From contig NC_086097.1 in assembly GCF_963921235.1 (NCBI RefSeq), positions 198,526,001 to 198,590,000 on the forward strand: DNA of 64,000 nucleotides, given 5' to 3'. The notes beneath the pieces were generated by a model. The model saw nothing but the letters and a program-made list of their open reading frames with translations. It searched no databases and had not been told where the DNA came from. The translations under genes and the position numbers were made by a program. Position 1 is the stretch's first letter. Every line of letters starts with the position of its first letter. Origin of the DNA: Mobula hypostoma (taxonomy: Eukaryota). Positions 38,895 through 51,620 of this stretch are shown here, one piece after another.

Positions 38895-41330
38895 ACTTCT
38901 TTATTGTCAACCAAACTGAGAACAAAAACTGTGGTTAAAAAAAACTTCACATCATTATGTCATCATGGCAGACCAGCCTCTGAAAGTGAACCCCAACTCG
39001 ATGTCAGTGGTTGTGGATTAGGCACGTTTTCACCGATTACATTACCCTACACAGGTCCCCTGAAGGATTCCATTAAAACTGGCATTGTGAGCTGTCCGGA
39101 GCACAAGTGAGCCACCCAGCTTGGGTCCATGGGTGGAGTAACAGCAGGTGCCTCTGGCTCATCCAAAGGTGTGCTGACATGCTCATGGTCATGTTGTGAC
39201 ACCAGGGGCATGGTGGTGAAATCCTCCAAATCTTGATGGGCCAGCTTAAGTCAATCTCTCAGGTTTATCTCTCCTATAGATGATTAATTTCTTTTCTCTC
39301 CATTCCAAAACACGAATTGAGCCATCGTAAAGGGGCCTAAGGGTATGTTGGTGTGCATCGTGGCAGGCAAAAACAAATGAGGCAGAATGTAGATCGATAG
39401 GAATCCAAGAGTGCAGTACACCGTGTTGGGAGGTAGGAATGGGTGCAAAGAAACTAAGTTTACTGAGGAGGATGCAACACTGCTGTAAAGCTGACCAGGC
39501 AGTTGTGCGTGAGGAATAAAATCACCTGGCACTTGTAACGGCTGCCTGTATACCAACTCAGCTGTGGACGACTGCAAGTCCCCTTTTGGAGCTGTTCTGA
39601 CCCCCAGTTGGACCCATGGGAGATGATCGTTGGTTTGGGAAGCCCTCAGAGAAGCCATTATAGAGCAGTGAAACCGCTTGCATAGGCCATTGGACTGCAG
39701 GTGCTACGCCGTGATGTGATGCAGCCTCATGCTGAGGTTCTGGGTCATCGCAGCCCAGAGGTCTGATATGAATTGGGGACTACTGTCAGAGGAAGTAACA
39801 GATGGGGTGCCAAACTGATCAACCCAGGTTCTGATGAACCCTAAAGCCATGTCTTTCACTATCACCAGTGGCCACCTGGTTGTGTGGTCCACCATGGTAA
39901 GGAGGTGTGTGAAACTGTGGCGGAGTGGGGAAAGGAGGCCCAACCAGGTGGCTAACCACCCCTCAGGGATCTCAAAAAGTGCCAGTGGTGACTGAACATG
40001 ATGGTTAATTTTCGCCCACTAGCACTCAACACAAGCTGCACTCCAATCACACAGGTTCTTTCTAAGGCCATGCCACACAAATTTTAGTGCAACCAGTTTC
40101 TGTGCGGGTGTGAGAGGCTGTGAACAGAGTTAAAAACAGTACACCTCCAATTTATGTACTAGACCGAGGGCAATCAGTTGACACATCACACAGGAGAGGG
40201 CGAGAAACTCCAGGTTCACTGAACTTGATGTCAGCCAACTGTCAGTAGCTTAGTTGCATGGTTGGATACCATGCCGGTATAGTCAACCCCAATGTGTATC
40301 CCTGAACAACTGGCCCTGAGAGGCAATCAGCCACAGCATTATTTTCCCCTTGATGTGCTGTATGTAATTCATATGCTTTGCTATGTAGGCCAGGTGGCAT
40401 TGCTGCCACGTAAACCAAGGGTCTGATATTTTGGCCATCGCGTGCACAAGGGGTTTGTGGTTAACAACTGCTGTAAAATGACAACCCTCTAGTAGAAAAC
40501 TAAAATGGTAAACAGCCAGATAGAGACTGAGGAGTTAGCAGTCAAACATGCTGTACTTCCTCTTGGGGGGATGGAGCCTCCTGCTGAAGAAGGCAAGCAG
40601 CTGCTACATGTCTCTGACCAATTGTTTGTGCACGGTACCCACAGCATAGTCTGAAGCGTCTGTAGTAATGGCTATAGGTGCATTGGGGAGTGAGTGTGCC
40701 ATAGGGTCATTTTGGAAAGTGCTCGTTTGGTGTCATCAAATGCTCTGGTCCTGTCTGCTGACCAGTCAAGCATGCGACTAGGGGCATTAGTTTTAAAGAT
40801 AATACATGGGGAGGGGGGAGCATAAATTCAGCAGCTCATGGAATTAAGTAGCGATAGAAATTCACCATATCTGAAAGCTCCTGTAGTTATTTAGTAGTGC
40901 AGGGCGGTGGGAAATTCATTATAGCGGAGACGTTTGTTGGGAGGAGTTTCGCACCTTCTACAGAGATACAATGCCTGAGAAAGTCAATGGCTGACAACCC
41001 AAACTGGCATTTAGCAGAATTAATTATCAACCTGAGCTGGTTTAGACATTCGAAAAGTGTGTGGAGATGAGATAAGCGTTCGGATTTGGATGCATTGGCA
41101 ACAGGGATATCATCCAGGTAAACAAAAATAAAATCTAAGTCTTTTAATACAGAGTCCATGAGTCTGTGCTGCATTTTTCAGCCCAAATGGCATGTGCAGA
41201 AACTCAAGTAGGTCAAAAGGGAATGTCCTCTGAGCACACAGGCACCTGATGGTAGTCCCTAACTAGACTGACTTTGGAACGAGTTAACTTTCTGGTTAAA
41301 CGTGCCAAAATGTCTTGGATGTGTGGGACA
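38895..41330 (-). mobile_element. Ty3/Gypsy pol relic (RT, RNase H, integrase) with partial 3' LTR
   Basis: FIFVYLDDI, KCQFG, HLLTMVDHTTRWP and LPWVQLGVRTAPK. LTR-like TGTAGG starts at 39051 after a degraded polypurine tract. Confidence 0.85.
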
Positions 41331-41364
41331 CCCTGGAAAAAGTTTTATTGCTTCCTTGTTATTG

Positions 41365-43860
41365 TTGGGTTATTGGTTTATTACTGTCATATGTAGCAAA
41401 TACAGTGAACAGCATCTGTGTGCATGTCACCCAGAAAGATTATTCCATGCAGAAATACATCTAGGTAGTACACGAGGAAAACAGTAACAGAGTGCAGAAT
41501 ACAGTTTTTTCCTTATATCGATAAATAAAGTGCAAGAGGTATGATTAGGTTGATTGAGAGATCTTATCAATAGAGGTTTTTCACAACAGTAGGGTAGAAG
41601 CTGTCCTTAGGCCTGGTGATATGTGTTCTCAAGCTCTCTGCACAATGGAAGGTGGGGCGGGGGGAAGAGGGAATCATGGGGTAGGAAGGATCTTTCATTA
41701 TGTTGGCTGCTATCCTGATGCAACAGGAAATGTAAACAGTCATTGGAGGGGTGACCATTTTTTCGAGTCATACGATCACAGCACCTCCAGCACAGAAACA
41801 GGCCCTTTGATCTGGTCAGTTTCAGTCTGGTTTAATGCCTATACCCATCGACCTGCACCAGGACTAGAGCCCTCCATACCCTTCTCATCCATGTACCTGT
41901 CCAAACTTCTCTTAAACCAGTATCTACCACTTCAACAGACAGCTCATTTCTCACTCACACAACCCTGAGTGAAGTAGTTCTCTCTCAGATTCCCCTTAAT
42001 TATTTCACTTCTCATCCTAGACATTTTACTTCTAGTTGTAGTCTCATCTAACCTGACGGCAAAGGCATGTAAGCATTCAACCTATCTATACTCGTAATTT
42101 TATATATCTCTATATGATTTCCCCTCATTTTCCTGCGCTCCATGGAAAAAAAAAATCAATTCAATCCGTTCCTGTAACTCAAGTCCTGGCAACATCCATG
42201 TAAATTTTCTCTGCACTCTTTCAAGCTTATTGATATCTCTCCTGTAGGTAGATGACCAGAGCTACACGCAATACTTTAAATTTGGCCTCACCGAATTATA
42301 AAACTTCAGCATAATATCCTAACTCCTGCACTCAGTTCCATCATTTATGAAGCCCAATGTGCCTAAAGCTTTCTTTACAACCCTATTTACCTGTGATGCC
42401 ACTTTCACTTTATGACAAACTAGGCTATGGTCACAGCACTTTCCAATTTCTTGTGTTCTAGGGCACAAAACTTCGAATACCAGGTTGTGATGTATCCAGA
42501 TGAGCTGCTTTCTGTAAAGCATCTGTAAAAACTGATGAGGGTGGTTAGAGATGTGCACATATTGCAGATGGACTTTCGGTGCCCTTACGACTGGCTCAGA
42601 TGTGAGGCTGGATTGCTCTGGGCGCCGAGAAGAGAGGTTGGAGCCCAGACAGAGGAGATTCAGAGCCGATACAACTGACCTGGGTGTGAGGTTGGATCAC
42701 TTTGGGCACTGAGCCGAATTGAAAAGCATGAGAGAGGCTTTGGGCTAGGTGGTGAAATTTGGGCCCAGACCAAGTTGTTCTTTCAGGTTTCTTGCTTTGT
42801 AAACAAGCCTGTGAGTAAGCAAATCTCAAGATTGTATCAGTTTTACATTTGTTGATAATAAATGTACCTGAATGTTGAATCTTGACATGCCAAATTTCTT
42901 CAACCTTCTGAGGAAGAAGAGACAATAGTGTGCTCTCTTAGCCATGTGTCTATCTGGTAGGCCCTAGACAATTTGTTAGTAATATTTACCACCAGGAACT
43001 TGAAGCTCTCAACTACCTCCACCTCAGCACTATTCATACAGGCAGGGGCATGTACTTCTCCCTATTTCTAGAAGTCAGTGACCAGCTTTTGTGTTTTGCT
43101 GACATTGAGGTAAATTTGGTGACTTTGTAGCATGGCCATATCCTTCTTCTGATGGTTTGTATTCACAGTTTTGTCCACATGCTGAGATTGTGAAATGACC
43201 TGGCAATAGACCATTGCTCGTAGTTAGATTCTATCCCAGCAAACCAGGGTAACATCCTTTCTGCATCCATCCCAATGATCCCTGGAATAATTTTGTAACT
43301 GCCAATGAAATCACATCTCATTCTTATAAATTTTGGAGAATACAGATCTAATCTATTCAATCTCTTCTCACATAGTGAAGCTGCCATGCCAGGATTCGGG
43401 GTGATGAATCTTAGTTGCATTCACTCTACGGTTAGTGTATAATTTTTTTAATGAAAGGAAACCACATCTGTGCATAATATTCCAAGTGAAATATCACCAA
43501 AGCTCTATATAATTGCTGTAAGATATTTTTACACCTATATGGCACTCAAAGGGTCTCCTAATTAAATACTGACATTTCTCCTTCTAATTGCTTCTGGAGC
43601 TGAATGTTAACTACAGTGGCTTGTATACATGGACAACTGGATCCCTTTGAAAGTCAGCATATCTCAGTTTACCACTGCTGTAACAATAATCTCCTTTTCC
43701 GTTTTGTGCACCAAAGTGGGTGCCCTCAAGTTTATCAGCATTACTTTCTACCTTTAATGTTCTCACCCATTCACTCACCTTGTCTATATCCTTTTTACGT
43801 ACCCCTGCCTCTGACTCACTGTCCCACCTGGATCTGTGTCATCCCATTTGATTCTCTCAG
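41365..43860 (-). mobile_element. Mosaic of degraded Rex1-type and CR1 3' fragments
   Basis: KDSFYPTVV (Rex); VKVASQVNRVVKKALGTLGFI and RMRCDFIGSYKI (CR1). Confidence 0.7.
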
Positions 43861-44399
43861 TCAGTAATATTTTCCACAGGAGTACCAGCAAAACACCCAG
43901 GAACAATTATATTCCATATAGCACATTTGTTAACTATGAAGGAAGGAGAAATATCCCAAGTCTCTGCTTCAGTTCTGACATTCATTTTGGATTCTCTGGA
44001 TATAGATTCTGGTTTGATTTGATGAATGATACATGTTGCATGAGCTTTAGCTAAGATGGTAGTAATTTTGAAAGGCTGTGATATATATGAAGTTGTATAT
44101 CAATCTATGTGGTTTATAATTATTATAAGAACTGTATTCTCAGGCCTCGTGGCTTAGATCTGAACACCCTGCGTTTCCTGCATTTGTTTTGATTCTGTTT
44201 TTCCTAGCTTCATCAATCTTACATAGACTTTGATTATCTATCTTAAGAAGTAGCCTGGGAAGATGTGTGTACCAAGGGTCAAAAACATGGTTGGAGTTAT
44301 TCCTTTCATTGAATATGGTATTGCCCTCTTGTTCCTTAAAAACCTATAAAGTTCTGGCTCCATGATTTCCCTTTGGTATAAGTAGTGCAGATGATTTTT

Positions 44400-45505
44400 G
44401 GATTCAAAATCAAGTTTATTATCACTGCCTTATATGACATGAAATTTGAGGTTGTGCAGCAGCAACACAGTGCAAAATCATAAAATTGCTATAAATTACA
44501 GAATAAATAAATAGTTCAAAATAAAGGTAGTGTTTGTAAGTTCATGAATTATTCGTAAGTCTGACTGCAGAGGGGAAGAAGCTGTTCCTGAACCAGTGAG
44601 TGTGGGATTTCTTGCTGCTGCACCTCCTCCCAGATGGTAGTAATGAGACGAGGACATGTCTTGGATGGTGAGGGACCCGCTATGGAGGGGTAAGTTGTGC
44701 CCCAATGGTTCTGGTTATAACACTCCTCACTCTCTTGCAATCATGTGATGCAACCAATCAGAATGCCCTCCACCATACATCTAAAGAAAGTTGCAAGAGC
44801 CTTTGGTGACACACCAAATTTCCTCAGACTCCAAATGCAGTCGAGCTGCTGGCGTGCCTTCTTCGTGATTGTATCAATATGTTTGGCCCAGGACAGATCC
44901 TCAGAGATGTTGATACGCAGGTACTTAAAGCTGCTCATGCTTTCCATCACTGGCCCCTCAGTGAAGACATGCGCATGTTCTCCTGACTTCCACAATCAAT
45001 TCCTTTGACTTGGTGATGCTGAGTGTGAGATTGCATCTGTGACACTTCTCAAACAGCTCATCTATATCACTCATGTACACCTCCTTGTTCCCATCTGATA
45101 ATTTACCAACAATATGGTATCACCTGCAAATTTATAAATGGTGTTTGGGCTGTGTTTAGCCATGCAGTCATGGGTGTAGTGAGAGCAGAGCAGTGGACTA
45201 AGTACATATTCTTGATGTGCACGCATTGACTGTCAGCGGGAGGAGATCTTATCACCAATCCATACTGGCTACCGTCTCCTGATGCAGATGTTAAGGGTCC
45301 AGTTATAGAGGGAGTTACAGAGGCCCAAGTTTAGAAGCTTGATAATTAATACTGAGGGGATGATGGTATTGAACACTGAACTGTGATCAATACACAGCAG
45401 CCTGACGTATGCTTTGCAATTATCTAGGTACTCTAAGACAGTATGGAGTGCCTGTGAATTTGCATTTACTGTGGATCTGTGTAAAAACCTGTAGGTCTTT
45501 AGCAT
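44400..45505 (-). mobile_element. Degraded Rex1/Babar-type RT fragment
   Basis: YVRLLCIDHSSVFNTIIPS, SFKYLRINISEDLSW. Confidence 0.85.
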
Positions 45506-45962
45506 TCATTCAAATCTCTCTACTTTATCAATTAGCTCATGCCAGAATGGCAGGATATAGCATTTTGTGAGGGTTAGATCATTTCTATTCATTACTATCG
45601 AACAGTAGTCCATTACCTATATTCACTGTTTGTGGTACGTTAAGTACTTTAAAGATACAAACCACAAACTCTGGGATGCTAGAAGTAGAAATGACAAATT
45701 CTGTGAAAGGGAGGCTTACAAAGTTATTAACGATCATCAAGAAGAACACAGATCTGCAAATTCAACATTAACAATAACCCATGAACCTTTGGGTAACTCA
45801 CTTTTATTAGTTGCTTGACACAGTAGACATCTGTTCATTTTGTGTTTAACTGCATTAACAATCCTTAAATAACACCACCATCATCAGATAGGCAGACTTT
45901 GTCTCTGCACCATAACTTCTGTATTTACAAATGGTTAGTTTTTACAATTCTAGTTAGCTTTC

Positions 45963-47555
45963 TTTGTTAATCTTTTTATTGGTTTAAAAGGAGCATAAAT
46001 ACAACCAAGAGGAGAATTACCTCAAATATATATATCAGTAACAATTCAAACAGAGATTAAGATAGACATCGTCAAAATCATGGATAATGTTAAACTAGTA
46101 TAAAATATATAATAAAAAAACTGAAAACAGCAATTCTCCTCTTATCAGTTTATGAAAAAAACATTAAGTTTTAAATGAAGAAAAAAAAACACCACTGTAC
46201 TATACATGAAAAAAAAGGACTGGGTAGTCCATTTTGAGGATAGGACCAAAAAAAAAGAAAGAAAGACTTTCTGATCAAATCTAAAACTTCAAAAAAAAAG
46301 ATTGAAAGACTAATAAATCGAATTAAATGAAAATATTGAATAAAAGGACTCCGGATTTGTTCAAATTTAAAGGATGTATCAAATGTCTGACTTCTTATTT
46401 TCTCTAAACTTAAACAGGACATAATGGAGGAGAGCCAATAAAAGACCGTAGGTGGATTAGAATCCTTCCACTTCAATAAAATGGTTCTCCTAGACAGTGT
46501 CACAAATAGGATTGATATTGGAGAAAATACGCGCTAGTTTATCCTTTGACATATGGGCCCGGTTCACCACCTTGAACTGTATCTATAGGGGTCAGGGGGT
46601 ATGGAGGGAAGGCTGGGTTCTGAGTTGGATGATCAGCCATGATCATAATAAATGGCGGTGCAGGCTCGAAGGGCCGAATGGCCTACTCCTGCACCTATTT
46701 TCTATGTTTCTATGTTTCTATGTATCAAGGAATGACGGGTACAAATAGATGAGTTGTTAACTAAATGAAAAATTTTACTCCACTGATTATCTGAAAATGA
46801 CTCTTGAAATTCCGATTCCCAAGCGCATTTAATTTTATCATTAGATATCATTCGTGAGTTCAGTAACGTTTATAAATTATAGCTATCAACCCTTTTTGAA
46901 ATGGTTTAAAGTGAAAGAGAGCGTCTGTCATAGTAGATGGATAAGCAGAAGGGTAATTTGGCAACAAACCAAGTAAAAAATTCCTAATTTGTAAATATCT
47001 AAAAAAGTGTACATTAGATAAATCATATTTATCCACTAACTGAGAAAAAGACATTAAACAGTCCCCTAAAAACAAATCTGAATAAGTTATTATTCCCTTA
47101 GTTTTCCAAATTAAAAAAGCCTTGTCCAAAATTGATGGTTTAAAAAATAATTGAAATGGATATTACTAGAAAGAATAAAATTTAACTCAAAAAATCTACA
47201 AAACTGAAACCAAATTCTTAATGTATGTTTAATAATGGGATTAATATCTTGTCTACCAATTTTACAAAACAAAAAGGGAAGAGGAGCTCCCAGTAAAGAG
47301 GCCAAAGAGAATCCTTTCACCAGGTTTTCCTCCAAATCCAACCATGAAGGACATTCATGTATATCTGAATAGTGAATCCAAAAAGTAATATATCTTTTGG
47401 ATCTTTTCACAGAATAGATTCTATAATCTTACCTTATATTTGGAACAATAAAAATCCTAGATTGAGTAAACCCTTATGCAGAAATTAAAAAAAGGATGGT
47501 GGCATGGCTTTGTCTAACTTTAGGATGTACTATTGGGCAATTAATATTCGATATA
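45963..47555 (-). mobile_element. L1-type LINE 3' part with inverted 5' segment and 21-bp TSD
   Basis: ttacaattctagttagctttc at 45942-45962 and 47556-47576. ORF2 C-terminal remnants (FFRYLQIRNF) on the minus strand; 47410-47555 encodes DGGMALSNFRMYYWA on the plus strand. Confidence 0.9.
46584..46720 (+). mobile_element. Short CR1 3' end nested in the L1
   Basis: (TTTCTATG)n tail. tgtatc at 46578-46583 and 46721-46726. Confidence 0.85.
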
Positions 47556-47687
47556 TTACAATTCTAGTTAGCTTTCATGAGTAATGATATGTTCTATTAG
47601 TGAGGGGAGGATGGCAATGAAATTGCCTTGCGGTATAAGAGAGGTACCATCAGGAGTTTGATGTGTACTTTGTGCAAATCCTATTAC

Positions 47688-47935
47688 CTATTTTCATTTC
47701 TTTTGCTGGATTGCAATTACACATCTTGCTTGCCAGAAAATTCAGTTTGCTTAGTATCATCATTTTGGGCATTCTTTTCACACTGATGTAACTGGTATCA
47801 TTTTGTTTGAGACCAGCAGGATCAGTGGTGGCCGTACATACAAAAAGTTGACATTGAGATAAGGGTATCACAGTCACTTGAGATTCAATGGATGTCTTGT
47901 TAATGTGTTGCATGTCATTTGCAATGAAAATATTC
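47688..47935 (-). CDS. Candidate internal coding exon, possibly extracellular/Ig-like
   Basis: Acceptor ctcctttgactattctag| and donor AG|gtaata frame 248 bp with 82 open codons (NIFIANDMQHINKTSIESQVTVIPLSQCQLFVCTATTDPAGLKQNDTSYISVK...). Two N-glycosylation sequons. No homology recognised. Confidence 0.35.
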
Positions 47936-48809
47936 CTAGAATAGTCAAAGGAGTAATACCATAGTAAGGAAAGATTGTGACCTTACTGAGACAGAGTAGG
48001 ATGACAGTGAAATTGTGAAAGGTGAGTTCATTCAGCTCTTTCACAAATACTGTAGTTACAGTATGTATTTACATAATCATACATATTTGCAAATATTTGC
48101 TTCTACCTATGGCTAATTTCCCTGATGAGCAAAATGAAAACAAATACATTCTTGGAATCATCAAATCATTGTTCATTTTTGCATTGGCTTCATCAACTAC
48201 CGTATGGTATGGTCAGTACATATGCACTTCTCGAACACAAATGTGAAACTCCAACAAAACAACTGCATGTTTTGTATTTCTTGCTCCTTAGCTAGCTTTT
48301 CATTGGCTTGGGAAGTGGCCACTACAATTAAAACACAGCCCAGAGTTGTGCTGTTGTTCTCTGTTGATGCTTTCAAGCAAAAAAAAAATACCATGACAGT
48401 TTTCCCCTTTTCTGTTTTTATTCATGATAGCCTATTGTGGTCTTTTCACCTCAACTGGTCTGTGGTTTAAAAGTAACAACAATTTTGCTAAAACACACAG
48501 CTTGGAAAATCTAATATCCTTTTTGAATTTGCATTTCAACCCTCACTCAGTATCAGCAAATTCATATCTTTTTGCAATGTGCTTTGAGCCGCTGTCTGAG
48601 AGTTAAAGTTGGTAGTTTTTATTCCTCTAATGCAGTGTTCAATGCCTTCACAGTCTTAGAATTGTCTTCCATCTGAATAAGATTATTAACGATGAACATA
48701 TCTCCATCCTCTCCCTGTAGGATGAAAGAATGATTTACTAAGCTTGTTATACATCCACAGGTTGCCAATTAAACCTGCTTGTATTGAGTAAGCACATTCA
48801 TTTTTCCTG

Positions 48810-48923
48810 CCAAAATGGTGGCACTGTACTCAACCCTCCTGTGTATTTGCACTTCACACCCTGCATATGCTGAATGCGATGTGCAAATACACAGGAGGGT
48901 TGAGTACAGTGCCACCATTTTGG
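48810..48923. repeat. Perfect inverted repeat (43-bp arms, 28-nt spacer)
   Basis: 48810-48852 is the exact reverse complement of 48881-48923. Confidence 0.97.
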
Positions 48924-49349
48924 TAGGGGAAAAAAAAATCTGCTTTATAGTAGAATAAGTCTGTCTGTCCTGCTTTAAGTTTACTGTAGAGTCATTTGAT
49001 GCAGCTTCAAGATTGATTGCTGCTCACTGAGCTGAACTGCCACTATCTGAGCAGATGATTTCACTGAGCCTGCACATGGGAGCTGCAATGATTGGGGAAG
49101 TATTGAGTCATTCTGCAGCTTTTACCTCAGAAACATGAAATGTGCAATCTGTGCACATACTTGGAATGACTCTCTAGATGTATAACGCTGACATTTTCTT
49201 GGCAACTTTACCTGACAGTATTGCTATGCCTCTATTCTTGTTACTAATTGCAATACTTCTTGAGTGGCCCTTGGATTATAACCACAGTGCTATAAATTCC
49301 AGCTCTAATAGTATCTACAGAACACCAATGCTTCTAAATCAAGAATCGA

Positions 49350-49720
49350 GGATTGAGGCTCAAGGATCAACTTTAATCTCCATATGCATTTATACGTTTC
49401 AGAAACTTGCTGTGGTGTGTAGGTACGACATGCAACAAAAAGCAACAGCATTCAATAATGATATAGAATAGGGAATTATATGAAATAAGATAAAAGATAT
49501 AATATAATAAAAGGTAAGATATAATAAAATTACATAAAAGGCTAAAAGATAGATATTGAATAAAATGAATAAAATGTAAACAGCATTGTAAGAAGTGGTT
49601 TAAAGTGTTTGCAGTGCGTTGCAGTGACTGAGGTAGAGGGGGGTGGGTGGGTGGGACTAAAATGAATGATCAGATTAACTGCCTGGAGGAAGAAACATTT
49701 AAGATGGCGCGAAGAATAAG
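49350..49720 (-). mobile_element. Rex1-type LINE 3' UTR fragment
   Basis: Resembles other Rex-type 3' ends (actgcctggaggaagaaac, tttaatctccatatgc). Confidence 0.55.
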
Positions 49721-50160
49721 AAATTGCATTTGACTTACGTCAACAATGTCTTGTACACCCATGATGATGCCATTACATTAGCCACATAATGTACTTACAT
49801 ATTATATGTAAATACACCAGAATTTAATTTCACAAATTAAATCAGTCTTATTTGACTGCAATTGAAGGCATGTCTGCACCTTATCAGGGGCAATCAAACT
49901 TATTATTGGGATGCACTGTTGGGTTTCAGATCAAATCTGACTGGTTGACGGATGAATCTGGAGTCTGTCAAATCAATTAATCAATCAGATGTTACATGCA
50001 CTTAATTGTAGTTGCACATAAGCGTCATGTGTAATATGTTTAAGTTAAATACATTGTGTTTATCCCTAAATTGATTCATAGGGTCATACAGAACAGAAAC
50101 AGGCCCTTTGTCACAACAAGTCCACACCAATCATGAAGCACCCATTTTCATTTCAGTCTA

Positions 50161-50347
50161 AGCACAAAAGATACTACAGGTGCTAGAAACACACACAAAA
50201 TACTGGAGGAATTCAGTAGGTCAGGCAGCTTCTACGGACATGAATAAACAGTTGTGTTTCAGGATGAGACCCTTCATCAGGACTGGAAAGGAAGGAGGAA
50301 GATGCTAGGCTAAGAAAGTGGGGGAAGGAGAAGGAGTACAAACTAGA
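50161..50347 (-). mobile_element. Older Penelope pLTR fragment with degenerate hammerhead
   Basis: Reverse complement agtc-CTGATGA-agg(gtctcat)cct-GAAA-cacaact at ~50250-50284. Confidence 0.75.
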
Positions 50348-50361
50348 TACACTTCAATCTA

Positions 50362-50653
50362 ACAAACAACAGGAATTCTGCAGATGCTGGAAATTCAAGC
50401 AACACACATCAAAATTGCTGGTGAACGCAGCAGGCCAGGCAGCATCTCTAGGAAGGGGTACAGTCGACGTTTCAGGCCGAGACCCTTCGTCAAGACTAAC
50501 TGAAGAAAGAGTTAGTAAGAGATTTGAGTTTCTTACTAACTCTTCCCTCAGTTAATCCTGACGAAGGGTCTCGGCCTGAAACGTCGACTGTTCCTCTTCC
50601 TAGAGATGCTGCCTGGCCTGCTGCGTTCACCAGCAACTTTGATGTGTGTTGCT
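50362..50653. mobile_element. Young inverted pair of Penelope pLTRs with two hammerheads and 14-bp TSD
   Basis: tacacttcaatcta at 50348-50361 and 50654-50667. Arms 50398-50520 and 50531-50653. Hammerheads at 50462-50497 (-) and 50554-50589 (+). Confidence 0.92.
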
Positions 50654-51620
50654 TACACTTCAATCTACCCATGTTTTTATAAACAGTCCATAACTTCTAC
50701 TAGTCACCTACACTGAGGGCAATTTACAGACTACAATAACTACAAACACATGGCTTTGAGATATGGGAGGAAAATGAGTACCCGGACAAAGCCCATTCAT
50801 TCACAGCGGGTATATGTAAACTCGACACACACGCAGAGCACTGGAGGTCAGAATTGAACCTGGGTTGTGGAGGGAGTGCGCAGCAACTTAACTAGCTGCA
50901 CCAAAGTGCCACCCTTAAAATACCAGACGTTCTGCAGGTGGCCTGTTGAATACTTTCTCGCTAGCCAACATCAATACAATAGATTACCTATCCAATTATC
51001 ACATTGATGACTGTGAGACTTCATGGAAAATTCATGAAGGGTGCTATGCAGAGAAGAGTTTGTTATTTCCTGTTTAACTCCATGATCTAACTTTATAACT
51101 CGTACCACATTGCTCTGAGTGGGAAACAAAATACAAAGTTTCTAGACTAGAAGTTTTCTTGGTAAATGAAATAGATATATGTTGATTCCTTAATGATTCA
51201 TGCAATATGTTGGCTTTGAGTGTGAATTGTAACACCCACTTCTCGGGGACTTGGGCTATATAACAGCCACTTCTAGTCAGCAATTGTGAAAGCAATTTTC
51301 TGCCTCTTCTTAGGCTGTTATTAGTGTGCTGAGCTGGTGCACAGTGAGAGCGATTGTCTCGGACGTCTTGCTTATGATCTCAAGACTCTGTTGTACATTA
51401 GTAATGCAGAATACTACATCCATTTCACTGATTCATTGGCAAGACTGATGGCAGAGGAGCTGCATTGCCTTGGTTGTGGTGTGGACCAGGGCCTTATGCT
51501 GCGGTGTCATCTACTGCAGCCGCTTAATTGAGGAGACGCTGACAGGCACTGTGGGAGAGAGCATATTCTTCTGTGAGTGCACTGGAATCCATTCTGGGAT
51601 GGGGGTGCTGCTCTCCAGTG

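Larger units (their letters stand above)
50078..50913 (-). mobile_element. tRNA-derived V-domain SINE (HE1-like) split by Penelope insertions
   Basis: tRNA-like head near 50850-50913, V-domain-like tgggaggaaaatgagtacccgga, and a CR1-like tail near 50080-50130. Confidence 0.7.
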
